From Takakia lepidozioides (lineage: Eukaryota > Plantae > Bryophyta): a stretch of 64,000 nucleotides of DNA. The position numbers and the translations under genes are program-made. The number at the start of each line of letters is the position of its first letter. Position 1 is the stretch's first letter. Positions 48,720 to 62,899 of the stretch are shown here, one piece after another. The notes under the pieces were generated by a model. That model was not told the DNA's origin and ran no database searches. It saw only the letters and a program-made list of their open reading frames with translations. The stretch spans positions 50,964,001 to 51,028,000 of the forward strand of contig CM060732.1 in the NCBI GenBank assembly GCA_030704615.1, given 5' to 3'.

Positions 48720-51700
48720 ATGGTATCTGCAGCACGAGCACCATCAGGGGGGTGGTCGCAATATTTTTCTTCTTTTTAATAGGTGCGACCACCAACATGG
48801 GGGTGGTCGCAGTAATTTTCTGTTTTTTAATATCTGCGACCACCAGCATGAGGGTGGTCGCACCAGGTTTTTTTTTTTTTATAATAGGTGCGACCATTAG
48901 CATGGGGTGGTCGCATCATTTGTTAATTAATTTAAATAACATGCGACTTCCTCATGCGACCTGGAGCGGTCGCGCAACATTGGATTCTGATTCGTCGAGC
49001 GTGTGATGCTTGGAGGCGGAAGGTATATAAGGTGGTCACAATGCCCCTCGCTTCTTTTATGACAAACACTTTTGTAGCGAGTGAATGTTCTCTATTCATT
49101 GAGCAAGAGTGTAGGAGGGTGCGGACCGTTTGCTGTTTTGGCTTCCACCAAAGCCACTGCAACAAATTGTCGAAAAGCACAATACTACATGGTGCATTGA
49201 TCCACTTGGATTGATGCCGTAGTGTTGGGCCATCGCATTCTGTTCTACATTTTATTGCTCTTGACAAATCTACCAAGTACACTAGTGTTCTTCGTTCAAC
49301 CTTAAGTCTGTGGTTAGGGTTTTGGGTGTGAGGATGAGGGAGGAGTGGATCCCTTGGTTCACCGTACACCCGCACAAAAAAAATGGTGTTCAATGCAATC
49401 TCTGTGCATTGAAGCTGGCGGGTCGCAAAGATCGCATATTATATCACCTCGGCTATAGAGATGAGAAAAATACAGGGGTTAGTTTGTGCCCAAAAGCCTC
49501 AATGCAAGTGAAAGCCTACTTTGCCCAATGTGGAGGCAATATCCCACCGTCTCTTGATGTGGTCGCGGCTTCTGAGCCAAACACTACATGTTCAAATCAA
49601 AATGTCCTTCAGAATTGTACCCAGGGGGGTTTTTGCGAGACGCCTGCTGTTTGTGGAGAAGCCGGTGGGTCAGGAGCAACACCCGATTGTACGCCAACAC
49701 TTGTACGGACCAGACCATTGAGGCAACAATCAATGCAAGAAGGCTTAAATTTGTCGCACATGAGGACTCTGGACAAGAAGTGAGCCCAATTTTTCTACGA
49801 GGCCAATATTCCGTTCAATGTCTCGAGGCTTCCTGCGTTTGTGGCTGGTATCAAAGCCACGTCCGATTCCAAGTCCATATACACATCTCCGAGTTATCGC
49901 TAGAAGAGGCTATGTCTGGTGAATGAAAAGACATGTGACTCTCTCCGGAAATATAGAAGCACTATATGTGCAGACGATTGGAGTTCTGTTACTAATCGGC
50001 CACTGTTCAATGTCATGCTAATCTGTCCTGCGGGGGAACAGTTTTTGGGATCCGTTGACACAAGCGGGGAGAGAAAAGATGCACGTTATCAAGCAGGGTT
50101 GTTGACGAGTTTCATCAATAAAATTGGAGTTGATAAAATTGTCTAAGTGTGCACGGACAATGCATCTAACATGGTTAATATGGCCGATATTTTGATGGTA
50201 CGATATCCCCATCTATATTACCAAGGGTGTGTTGCTCATATCTTTGATCTCCTTTTGGAGGATTGGGGAAAAGAATCATGGATGAAACAACTAGTAAAAA
50301 AAATGGCAAAGTCGGTTGTGACGTTCATTCGTACACATCATATCCCTCTGGCATTGTTTAGAAAGCATGAACCCAAATACAGCCTTAGGAACCCGGGTGA
50401 AACCCGCTTTGCCACAAATTTTTTGATGGTGGATCGACTAGTGACTGTGAGGGCGAGTCTGGAGCAGATGACCATTGACCCTCAATGAGATGTGTATGTG
50501 GACACCTTACGCGATTCTCGTAAGTTTAAGTCTTTGAGCAAAAGTCGGAGGGTCCGCGCAATCATTCGCTCCGACGATTTCTGGGTGAAATGTGCAAATT
50601 TTGTGTACATGGTGGAGCCGATGTTGATTGTTTTGCGGGAGTTTGATGGAAAATAACCAATAATGGATAAAAGATGGTTGATATTGGAAAACCTTGAGAA
50701 GCACGTGCAATCCTTGAGGCGTCCTCCATTTTCTATGGACGATGATTTGGCGGCAAAGACCGAGGATGCATTTTACGACCGAAAATGGATGGTTCACACG
50801 GACTTGCATTATGCGGGGGCCTTGCTAAATCCATTCTTGCTGGACAATACGGATTTGAGAGACGATGTGGATGTCAAAGCCAGGCTTGTACGGGTCATCA
50901 TGCAACTCGCGTCCTTGAACATGGCAGAGCGAGCTTTGTCCGAGTACCAGTGCTTCTCGGATCGCCAGAATCCTTTCCATGACATGCCGGATCCAAAAGT
51001 AATGAACATGTTGCCACATGAATGGTGGGATCTGATTGGAGCTGGAGCAAGAACGTTAGCTCCCATTGCAAAGCATATCCTTGCTCAAGTGTGCTCTGCC
51101 TCGTTCTGTGAGCGGAACTGGAGCAGTTACTCATTTGTTCACAACAGGTTGAATCCTGCCAGGGCTGACAAATTGGTTTATGTCTACACGAATTGTAGGC
51201 TACTGTAAGAGAGGACAGCAAGTGACGCATCTGCATGGTACGAGAAGAATCTGTTGTCTAAAGAATCTGCCTCAGAGGTCCAATCTAGCAGCAATGATGA
51301 CACCGACGCCGCGAGAGACTCCGACTCTGACGGTTGGGATGGGTCCGATAATGTGGGCAATCCTCCACATGACCCATATGAATTTAATGACAATGATGCT
51401 GCAATGCATCCATCATTTGATGACCTTGTTGTTGATGAACTGCGATATGGTGTCATCCCAATTGCGGACCCCCTTCCCCCACCGGAGCGCGCTCTCAATA
51501 ATGAAGTTGATGTCAACTCTCCCTCATCACGAGTTCCACAGACTGCGGGAGATATGCAGGTCGAATCGTCGGATGATGATAACCGACCGTTGTCATTCCT
51601 TCACCGATATCGTGCCCCTGTGAACCGTGCTTCATCTCATGCCGCTCCATCTCATGTTTCTCTTTCTCAAGCCGGTCCATCCCATGCTGGTCCATCTCTC

Positions 51701-52300
51701 TTCCTTATGTAATTCCTTCCATCGCTACTCCGATCCTAGGAGATGCTTCTTCTGCTGCGGGACTTCTGTAAGTCGAATCATCGGATGACGACGACCGGCC
51801 ATTGTCGTTTCATCTGGCCCGACGACGTCCACATGTGAACCGTGCTTCCTCGACCCTCGCTGGTCCATCTCATGCCCCTTCATCTCATGTCGGCCCCTCT
51901 GATGTACGTGCGAGTAGCCTTCCTCATACGAGATCTACTCCAGGCCACCACCAAATCCGGGACAAGCCGAGAAACGACAGAGAATTGTGCAACCTTTTGT
52001 TGGTGACCGATCTGTGAACAGGCCTGATACCCTAAACGGTATTCATGATAGGAGTGAAAATCGACTAGAGAGACAACTGAACGTACTCCGAGGACGACTA
52101 CAGGTCCAACGGCCAGTTGCCTCTGGAAACGAAAGAAGATCATGATCATGATCATCCAGGTCTTGGATCGGTTTTTTTTGGGCTTTTGTCTATAGTCGGA
52201 GTTTGGTTCTTATGGTATCTCCAACACGTTCTTCGTGTGATAGGCCTCATGGCAGCCTTCGAGCATGTAAGGGTTTATTTTTTTCTCTTCAATAATCAGT
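48720..52300 (+). mobile_element. Decayed hAT-superfamily DNA transposon (BED finger, DUF659-type core, hAT dimerisation domain)
   Basis: VQCNLC...RILYHL (BED); TICADDWSS, CTDNASNM, CVAHIFDLLLED, GETRFATNF, and EWW...ILAQVCSASFCERNWS at 49310-51208. In-frame stops at ~49781, 50144, 50486, 50655 and 51206. Upstream hairpin repeats at 48727-48980. TIR and TSD not found. Confidence 0.92.
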
Positions 52301-55010
52301 AATAAAACTAACAAGGGCTTCATCCCCTTTCAACCTTAAATTTTAAAAAAAAAAATCCAATCTTTGATACGAAGATTCGTGCGGCTTAGATGTCATAGTT
52401 CTTTCACCAAAGTTTCATTAAAAAAAAAAAACCTTTTCATGGCATTATCTCCTTTTATTTATTCAAATGTACAAAGTAGCCGTTTATTAGAAAGAGTCCA
52501 AGGCCATTTACTCGGCTTCATAGGGTTTAGCTCCCATCTTAATGAGTGAACGTGAACATGTGAGACCACGTGAGCGGGGTGGGCTCACGTGAGCCTACAA
52601 TAGGCAGATATCGAGGGGGTTGGGTAGCATGTGAGCAGGCTCATGCCAGCGGGCGTGAGCACAAAGAAATATTCCGCATATTCTAGAAGATTCTTGAGAA
52701 TATGCTATTGCGAAACCCAAATGCGCTCACGCGGTAAGAAATAACTCGCGTGAGCACAATGACCCACAAATATATAACCACCCAGAAAATGGGTTTCGGA
52801 AGCGAAACTTGGTATTTTCGCTAGCAAAACTAGGGTTTCGCCAGCGAAACTTGGCTAGAGGTTCGAATTATCTGATAGGTGCATGTGACTTCTGATCTTC
52901 AGGTTTAAGTTATATTCAGATTCGATGTATCGTCTATTAGCGCAGTAAAGTCCCTATTATTTGTACTTCCGCTGATGTACATATTACCCTCATAACCGTG
53001 GACTCTGCTCGCGCCGCAATTTTTTTTGTGCTCCCGCCATTTCTCTTAACTATGTGCTCATGCGATACCAACCCCCATATTGAGAACCTATACCCAAGGA
53101 GCCCTACATGGCAATTGACATTAGGGAAAGAGGCCAATGAAATTGAAATGAAGGCCTTCACAAAGCCCACATAGTAGAGAACGTGCCGCCAAAAAAGAAA
53201 AAAAAGAAAAAAAAGAAACATGATGGTCTAGTCTTTGTAAAATGTGAACTTCCTCCAGCCAATACTAATGGTGTGGGCATCTTGCCGCGCAATTCTCTAA
53301 TCAAAGACTGACTGTGAGTATAAGAGACTTCAGCACCTGGACAGTTTTGCAGCTTCAGCCCAGCGAATCTGGACCGTAGGGCAGGTACAGATCGGACACA
53401 CGGAAAATCCCCACTTGCGTGCATAGATTTCCCCTATCGTGCGTTGCACGTTGTGCCACGATCACACTAAGAAATGGTGGGAACAAGTTCCCCTGTCTTA
53501 GGAAGTCACCAACGTGGGTAAATAGGAGCGGGTAGTAAAAACGTAAAAACGGAGGTGAGAAGGGTCCAGCGGTCGGTAGTTTGTGTGTGACGCTTCCCTC
53601 CCGTCTCGAGCCCTGCGAGGGACTTGTCTTGTCGAGTGCAGCGGCCCGGACAGTCGAGCTCTCCATGCTGCGCTGCTTTGCAATTGATCGGTGCAGGTGC
53701 AAGACCACACTCTTCTGGTCGTGGAGCTGTGAAGGCAGGTCAACTCACGCTGAGAAAAAAGGGCTCAAAGAGAGAATGCAGGTCTCAAGAAGGGAGTTGT
53801 TGCTAGGAACGGCGAAGTGAGGGTCCCGGGGCTGCAGGAGGTTGGGAATAAATCGGGACAAGAATTTCACAGGGCCGGGAAAGTGCTGAGGGAAGGCAGG
53901 GGCCAGTGAGGGGGAGGGCGGGATAGGCGGGGGAGGATACGGGATTGGACGGTCAGACGCTCATTCGGTAGGTTCCCGGTGGAAGAAAAGCCGCGGAGGC
54001 GGGCGGGGCCATGGATGAGGAGATTTTGGTGGCGCATGTGTCAAAGAGGCACCATTTTCTCCATCCTTCACACTTAGGTTTGTGATGTCTTTCTCATTCT
54101 CTTTTCGCTGTATTTGTAAATGGCACGAGCGGCTAGAATGCTTATTGACGTCAGAGAAGCATTGCAGGGTAGAGCAGCAAATATATGGAAACCACCCTCT
54201 TTCTTTTGTCTTGAATAACCGTCAAGAGAATGTGCGCTGCTTGTGGCTCTTGTTGGTCCACTTCTACATCGTTCCTTATTTGCTTGCACCTCTACATTTT
54301 TCGTAGTGAGTGGGCGGATTGTGGGGAGAGCAAATGGGTAAGAAGGTTGATGTAGTACTTACATCCTGAAAGTTTTGAGGAGTAAGAAGGCAAATGAATG
54401 TCCTCTGCCGGGGCTTGCAGTTCATTGTTAACTCTTGTGCTGGATTGGAAGGTGCATATCTCCAGATGTCTCCATTCTGTATATGCTTTAGCTCTCTCTC
54501 ATACTCTCAAGATAGTGATTTAATTAGTATCCAATGCAGGCATTGCTACAAAATTGGTAAGGCTTCTGGATGGGTCTGAAGGCAATGCCACTAGGTTTTA
54601 TGGTAATTTTCAAATACCAGGAGCTGAAATCCCAGGAGGCGGTCCTCAGTTTTTTGTCTTTCATGCTTTGAGAAGAGGAGGTCTATTGGTGAAATTTTTT
54701 ATTTAACGCCAAGGCTCCAGCAGACGTCTTGCTCAATGGAGGGTTCTTTGCAGAACCAGTTGCTTGGGACTGATACTTTGGAGGCCACATGTTTATCAGT
54801 TATTACTTCATGAGCTTGACATTTTCACAAAGCAACAGCAGGCAGCTTGGAGCCTGTCAAAATTTAAGATTGCATTAGTGGTTCAGTTAGCTTGGTATAT
54901 TTTTCAGAGATTAAAATGATAGTTGGGAGTTAGTCTCTCATGAAATCAGTTGATAGCATGTCCTTCAGCTATAGCATGACTATGCTTGAAGAACAACAGG
55001 GTGAAGGAGG

Positions 55011-58000
55011 ATGAAAGGGGAGAACAAGGAGCGCTTGGAGACAGCACTCATAGTGCTACAGCAGTTTGGGTTCTCCAGAGCAGCAGTCACACGCACTGTA
55101 CGAAACCTGCTAGATGTGTGTTCTCTCTCCCTCCATGCATCCGGTTCCAAGCTGCTGGTGTGTCCTTCAAATATAATTTTGCATTGGGCATTTGCCTCTA
55201 GTCCACTGAGTAAAAGGTTGACTCTGGGTCTTTTGACTTCAAATGCAGACAACCTGGGAGTTTGAATGGGAACAAGTTTTAGAAACTCAAGGACCAAACC
55301 CAGGTAGTGTGTTGACTGATTTTGCAAGAATACTAAAGCTTGGTGTGTGCTTGGGCTGATACAGTGATGTATGTGATACACTCCTAAGAAGCTTATCCAT
55401 CGTCCTAAAGCTCTGTTATTGTTATTGTAAGAATTTCTGTGGTATCTCCAATCATGCTGATCAAGGTAGGCACAACGGCTGCTAGAGGATTGATATCATT
55501 CACATGCGTGTTGGGATGGATGGGTGATCAGGTGTACGGAGCAGAAGCAGCGTGGGTGTACATTGAAGACAATGGATATGAGAATCTTGTCAATTGCATC
55601 TTGGGTGAACGAGGTGGAAAGGGAGAAAGCAAGGTGATTAAAGATGCTTCCTGATACCTTTTTCCAAAGTTGAAGTGGTTCTCAGGTGTCACCTTAACTG
55701 TCTGAGTGCTTTCTGCCCACTATTTCTCCGAAGTGGGTGTCATGTTGTTAAACTGCCCATAACTCAGATACCACTTCCAGTGTGGGACTCATAGTCTGCC
55801 TCTAAATCTACCACTGCACTCACCTGTTGACAGTGTGCTGACATTGGTTCTCTCATAAAGGGGTTGGGCTCCTGAGAAGGACCTTGTCTGCATGAAATTG
55901 AGTTGAGCAGTTGGGAGCTAACATCTGATTTCATCCGGCCAAAATTTTGGCATCCTAAGAGGTATCTAGTCAGCACAGCACCACGTACATAAATAATTGG
56001 AGGTAAACTGGAACTGTTGATGCAAGTTAATTTGCCAAAATTTTGGCATCTCAGTCAAACTTCCATATGCTCCAATTCTTGGGATATTTCGGTCGTGATA
56101 GGATGTTGGATTGGTGTCGGGTGCAAGTACAGGTGAAACATGGGATGAAGAAGACTCTGCAGGCAGCGGCAGAAAGGGGTAACATCCAAGATGCAGAAGG
56201 GCATGACAGAAGTTCTGGCAAAAGAACAGGCCAAGGGTGTGCTACCCAGATCTCACCCTCTGTCAGCAAGTGGACACAACCTAGTAGTCCACGGAATCAG
56301 GATTCCCCAGATTCACCAGATATTCATCTACACCAGAGGCGTCTCTGGTCTCTGCACATTGGCGTGCCTGATCTTGCCTGCTTCCAAGATCGTTGGAATG
56401 TCTGTAGCTCTAAGCAATTTGATCATGAGATCTTGGGTCCTGGGGAATCAAGTGAAGAGATCTTGGGGGCCGAGCAACCGAGTGATAAAGCAGACAATCT
56501 GCTTCAGGTTTTTCTACCACAGAGCAAGTTGCATAGCTCCTCAAAACCAATGGCTAAAGGGAAGTTGGGCACCAGACAAGAAGTTAAAGCTGGCAATATG
56601 TCTGATTTGCGATGTGTAAAAGATGTAACCGTTTCTCTGCCTGTGAAGGAGACACAAGATGAGGTTCAAGAATTTCAAGCACTGCCAATTTGTAATGATA
56701 ACAGTGTGGGGCTAAAGAATGACACAGTTGGGACCAAAGGTGCTAAAGCACTGGAAGAGAGCTCATTGTCTCACGTTTCAATCTGTCATGAGTCAGGTTC
56801 CAAGCCCCAGTTTGTTGTTGTGGGAGGCGTGGCAACTGACATCTTAAGTCAGAGCAAGTTGGTGAAACAGCTTTCTGGTGCAAGTGATGTAGCACAAAAG
56901 AGGGATTCGCAGGACATCAGCAGAGTCACAGTCAAGAAAGCTAAAAGTTATCTTGGAAGTTCATTGGGGAAACTTATTGATAAGGGTGCCCCCAGTCAGC
57001 AAGGGGAAGCCAAGTCACCTAAGAAACCGATTGGCATGGCCAAAAGCATTGGCACCAATGGTTGTGCCCAAGTAGTTGACAAATCTGGGGATACTAATCA
57101 TGTCAGACATCCCGAGCAGGAATATGATGTAAAAGGCAAGGTAGAGAGCAAGCCTCCTGTAGGAACTCAAGGGGGAATGAAACCAGGTGGATTCCAGGCA
57201 GAGGGAGACTTATTTTCAAGGGTAAAGGGTGGAATTCCAACAGTTGCTGCTCTTGGAGATGGCCTGCCACCTAAAACTCTAGATGTCGGAAGGACGTCAG
57301 CCTTCAAGCTTGGGGGAAGGAAAGGAAGTAACAGTTTCCTGCAGAAGAAAAGAAGGAGTATTAGCACCCTTGATGAGGATATTGAGAGAGTTTTATCTCC
57401 CACAGACCTGCGGATCCAAGAGCCTTGCCCATCAAGAGCCTTGCCTCCTGCTTCACCTTCTTCCAATTCCAAATCCCCACTGACATGCAAAATGCCAGTT
57501 TTAACAAGATGCGGATCAAAGAGTAAAGAACAGGATACTGGTGGTGGAGAAGTTGACACAGATCCACCCTGCACCCCCCCCAAGTCCAGAAACCAAGATC
57601 TGTGTACGGAAAACAAGTCGTCCTTTCCTTTACCGACTCTTCAACTGAGCTCTGACATCTTGCAGGCCACCAATCCGGATGTTGCTGACAGTACCTGTGA
57701 CTTAGAAAATCGCATGTTAGGTTTCTTACCAAGGATTCCCCCAGGGTTTGACAAGAATTACAACTTTCAACATCCATCACCTGCTGTTGTCTTTGCCCAT
57801 GATACATCACTACTTCCTGAACACCCGCCAGGCTTTGAAAAAAGGGTTTCCTCTCCACAAGTCACATTACTCACAACAGCATCTCAGCCATGCCCAAACT
57901 CATCTGCACTCCAGCAACAGAGTAGTTGCGCGGACTGGAAGGTACCAATTGTCAGAGGCCTTGATTTGCAAGTCTCCACTACAAAGGGTTTGAACCAGGG

Positions 58001-61000
58001 TGACTTACATGCAGCTGCGGTTGCTTCCGATACTGTGGAGCAGCTTTCTAGCTGTGGCTTCCATTGTGTATCTTCCAAAACAACTTCTATTGGTGGATGT
58101 GAAAATGTTGAGAGCCATCAGACTCTATGCTCAAGCTCACCGCTCTCTGGAATTGCAGCTGTACGAATGCTCCCAGAAATTTCTTGTTCTGTACCAAAGA
58201 CTTCCTGTACTGTTGCTCCAAGACCTCCCAATGGCGTGCCTTCGCACCCACAGTTCTCACTACCTTTGCAGTCAGCTGCAAGTGATGGCTGTCTGCAGCC
58301 CCCAGGTGAATGGCTTTTCCGGCTTTCAGTGACTCTTCGGTTTCGGATGTTGCAATACCATCCACTCACAATCCATACTGTGGAGTCTGGAGGAGCTCAT
58401 AGGTCTGATATAGTTCTTGGCTGAAAACTTGCTGCAATTAGACGAGTCACATTGACAACATCTGTAAAGTCAATTTTCTGCTCTTGCTAGAGTCATAGAA
58501 GTGCTAGGCCTACCACCTCTCCTTTGTAAGACGTTGAGAGCTTTGGTAGCCTTCATCGGATGTCTCAGATGATTTTGCCGAATTTGGGCTTCAGATATTC
58601 TGCTTTTGTTCGGTTTCCCAAAAGGTGCATATCTGTTCTCAGGATCAGCCTTAAAATTTCACATTGTTTTAGTTTTCCAGCTCATGTGATTATCAAGATA
58701 CGTTGTGCAGGTGTAGCACCTCCACAGCCTTGTGGAGAATTGCACTCAAGTTTTCCACCTTCATGGCGGGCCCCGGGTTCAGCTCCCCTAAGACCTACAA
58801 GCTCACTGCCATTGATCCCGACGAATCTACTGCCACCAAGAGCGCCTCCAAATCTAGTGCTGCCTCGACCATGTGTGGGGTTGACTTTGCCTCAAGGTCC
58901 ATGGCCGCCAAGACCCCCACAACCATGGGCTCCAAATGGAATACAAAGAGGGTCACAACCAAGCCCAGTGACTTTTTGCCCGCCCCATCTGCCAGGTATA
59001 AGTTTATGACTAACACGTCAAGTACTCGGGACAATGTTGTATAGCATAAAGACGGCTGGATTGAATTTTTACACCACACTTCAGATCACTCACAGTTTAT
59101 TTCATTGTTCACTACAGTTTGACCAACAAATGGATTAGTGTGCTAGATACCCCTTTGATGAGGTTAAATGTTTAGTTGCTTCAAAATAGTTGACATTCCA
59201 TCTGAATAGAATCTAACACTCTGTCAAATCAGATCCACACTGCATCCTTCCCCCAAGGCCTCCTAATACATATTCAACACGAGCTGTATGTCCTCCATTT
59301 CGGCCAACCCCAGCCAACTGCAACATGTCTCCTTTCACTGCAGTTGCTCCGCTTCCTTTGCCCTCTCGTCTGCCCCCCCCACAGTTGTGTCCACCTGGAA
59401 TAGAAGTCGCTGGTCAGAGAGCAACTGGAATCGCCCCTGCCGGCAGGCCTTCCTCTGGAGCGCCATTGTTAATGCCTTCAAGGACCCTTGCCATAGCCAC
59501 CCAGGCAGGATCTCCAGCACTGTGGGCTGGGACCTTTCCAAGCACTCCTGGAAATGGGGTGCTGGTTACTGCTGATGTCAGAAGTGAGCAGGAGCATGCC
59601 AAGACAATTTTTGTTGGGAGTATCCCCGCGGACTTTAAAAATGCAGCAATTGTTTTGCAAGAAGTTCTGGAAGAGTATTTGAGACACCTAGAATTTGTAC
59701 CTGCCAAAAGTGGGCGAATTGAGCGTGTCACCGTGTATGAGCGAAGTATTGGTAGCTACGCATTTGTGCAGTTTTCCTCGGAGGTGGTTGCTCGTATAGT
59801 TTTGGATGCTTGCCAAGCGAAAATCTCTGCGTTGCAGATCAATGGAGTGCAGTTGTCAGTTGGGAAGAATCTTAAGGCTGGGACTGTGCCAGTTACACCT
59901 AGACAGGCGATTTTCAGAGGGGACCGTCACTTGGACCCGGCCAAGCTGCTGTATGTGGGCTGTCTTCCGGAACATTGGAGGAATGAGGAGGTTCTCAGGA
60001 GACACTTCTCAGCAATCCTTGGAGATAAAGATTTGGGAGTTGGGGGCAAGTTTGTGTCTGCAATATATGTCCTTCCTGAATGTGTGGATGTCTATGTAGA
60101 GCTTTCGTCTGAAGCCATGGCTGATGCGCTGGTTTACAAGTGCATTAAGGATCCCAAGTTGCTGGAAAGCATGGCAGAGTTTACTTTCATTTGTCGCCAC
60201 CCAAAACTGGTTCCTCTTTTTGCCTCTGCAAGCAGCCCTTTGCCCCCCTCTGTGAATGCTTTGAGATCTGGGATCCAGAAGGCTACAAAACTTGAAGCAC
60301 TGGAACAGTGGGTGTCTCGACGCCAGAGCACTTTGTATGTGGGCAATCTTCCACTGACAGCAGAGGCTTACAGTGTACAGAACCTAAGGAGTCTTTTTGA
60401 TGGGATTCTGCAACAACGGATGCAAGAAGAATTACCTGCCACTGGGTATGTCAAGTCAGTGTCCTGGCCCCCTGGAAGACATTATGCCCATATGGAGTTT
60501 GAATCAGAATCTGTGGCCAATTCTGTCATGGATGCCTACATTGATCGAACCCCAGAATTCTGCCTGAATGCGATGGCCCTCTCCATTTTCCGGCATCAAA
60601 AGTATGTGCGTCCAGGGGCTCTCTACAAGACAATTAGCCAAGATGCATCCAGGCTGGATTTGAAAGGGGAGGTGCACCAAGAGAGGCAAGTAGAGGGAGA
60701 GAAATCTTTTGAGATGGAGGCAGAGGGTGGAGACCACTCTATGGACATTGGGCAGCTTGACGTGCAATATGGGGAGGACGGGAGCTATGATGAGAGTGGT
60801 CAAGTTGTACATCCTGATATTGTGTCAGATGGAGGGCCTGCAATAGGTCTTCCAGTTGATGGTGAAGATCAACAACCAGGCACTATGAGAGGATCCATTT
60901 GGAAGAACAAGCTCTACAAAACAAAGCTGTGTAGTATGTTCATGGAGGGACATTGTTCATTTAGTATTCACTGCAAGTATGCACATGGTATGGAGGAACT

Positions 61001-62585
61001 TCGGCAGCCTCCTCTGCAATGGTCCGATGCTCACGAGAGCAAGAACGTGGGAAAGTCCCTCGAAGGGGAGACTATTGGCAGCAGTTCTTTGTGTCCAATT
61101 GTGACAAGCCAGTCCAGTACCATGCTGTCCACAGATGTCACAAGCAGGCTGGTTGGGAATGGTGAAGGAGGAAATGAGTGCACGGATCCCAAGAGTGTTA
61201 TCTGTGTGCGGGGAATTGCAGATGGTCTTACTGGAATCACTCTCAAGGGAGCCCTGAACGAGCTCCTGGAGAGAGCACTTCTCACCTCGGGTTTACTGGA
61301 GATTGGCAAGCATGTTGTGTGCTACTCACATCTCAAGGAGAACACAAAGCAAGCCCTTGTTACCCTCATGACCGTGTCGGCTGCCAATGCAGTCCTATCC
61401 ATAGTGGAGCCCTTGAAGCTTGCAGGTGAGCTGCTTGTGCTACTACCATGGTCACACATGCAGCAGCAGAAACCGCTTCCACCTGTCAATGTGACACATG
61501 GTCATGCAGACCTCCACCGCACGTCATCCTCTTGGGATACCCCTGAAGTAGTCAATGTCTCTCCTGCCATCAAAGTAGCCCCTGCTCAGCCACAGTTGCG
61601 CCTCTCTGATCCATGGTCCATGTACGAGCCACCAGAGTGTGGATTCCATGGAGGAATTCCACCTGGTCCCCAAGCATTTCGCCCCTCCCACTGTCATCCT
61701 GACTTTGGAAGTCCGCCGCTGCCAAGTGGCCCTGTGTTCCACCCACCTCCATGCCACCCAGGTATTGGTCTCCCCAATTTCTTTAGGCCCCCTCCAATAC
61801 CACCTCCAGCAGATCTGTGGCACAGTCACCATCCAATCAGGGATGGGTGGCACGTACCATGGGCAAGCTCCCATGCCCCTCACCCTGGGAGCTTTGGGTG
61901 GAGGGCAGCGCATGAAAATGAATGGCTGCCGGGCTTGGCATCAGGCCCTGGTTTCAATATACATCGAGGGAGGAGTGAAGGGGTTGATGAACTTGCTTAC
62001 CCTCTGGACCCGACAACTATGCTTGAGGGTGGCGAAAGTGTGAATGATCTAGATATCGACACAGGAGGGTGGCTGGAAGACGATATCAACATGGAAAAGT
62101 TAGCTCATGAGTCAACTAACTGTTCTAGCAGGACTGGTACTGAGCAGCAAATAGGCGATGACAATGGAGGGATACTAGATCTTGAGGTGAAAAGTCTACC
62201 TTCAGAGAGGGCTGCTAATTTGTCTGATGGAGAGGTTCTGGGACCCAAGGAGGTGGAAAGAGTGCCAATGGTTGAAGCAGCTAGTCAATCAGACAGGTCT
62301 AGAGGCAATAAATGGGACCCCGATGAGACATTGGACCAAGACCCCATATCCAGCAGAGATAGTCACCGGGAGGAAGATGGCAGGACAAGAAGGGAGGGAA
62401 AAAGGAAAAGAGAACTGGAGAGAGATAAAAGTAACGCTAAAGGGAGCTGTAGTGAAGCTCATAAGTCAACCAAGCAAAAGTTGCATGTGAATGTGGACAG
62501 GAACAAAGATGATAGGTCTGCCAGAGATAGAGACATCAGGCATGGTGCTGACAACAGATCGCATCGTTATCGGAAAGCAAACTAG
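55011..62585 (+). CDS. ~2,005-aa protein: N-terminal WIYLD (ubiquitin-binding) domain, long disordered Ser/Pro-rich region, four U2AF65-like RRMs, one CCCH zinc finger, Pro/His-rich region and R/D/K-rich tail
   Basis: Phase-consistent GT-AG model 55011-55115, 55532-55633, 56133-58305, 58711-58995, 59233-62585 (6018 nt, no internal stops). WIYLD-like: RLETALIVLQQFGFSRAAVTRTVRNLLD|VYGAEAAWVYIEDNGYENLVNCIL. RNP2/RNP1-like motifs: IFVGSIP/SYAFVQF, LYVGCLP/VYVEL, LYVGNLP/HYAHMEF, ICVRGI/ALVTL. CCCH: YKTKLCSMFMEGHCSFSIHCKYAH. Confidence 0.88.
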
Positions 62586-62899
62586 TCCAGATTGGGAAGA
62601 GAGGGACTCTACTGATTGAAGATTCATGCTATCTGTGACGGCTGATGATTTTCTCTTTCCTTCAAGTCAATGAAGGTTGATGTATTTTTAAAGGTACCAC
62701 TCCTACTCTGATATGGAACTAGGTGAAATCTGCGAAATAAGTGTGTTAGGTGGTTGCACAAGTTTTTTTTCCCAAAGAGGGGATATGTTCTCTTCATCTT
62801 TTATGTCCTTGCCTTTAAATGTCGCTCAAGGTTTACCTGCACTAAAATGGATAGTTAAATCTGAGCATCCTTATTATAATACACAACTTGTTGCAGTAA

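Noticed and set aside
56043-58424. Stand-alone 793-aa gene
   Set aside because: Phase-compatible splice sites at 56133 and 58305 make it an internal exon of the 55011-62585 gene.
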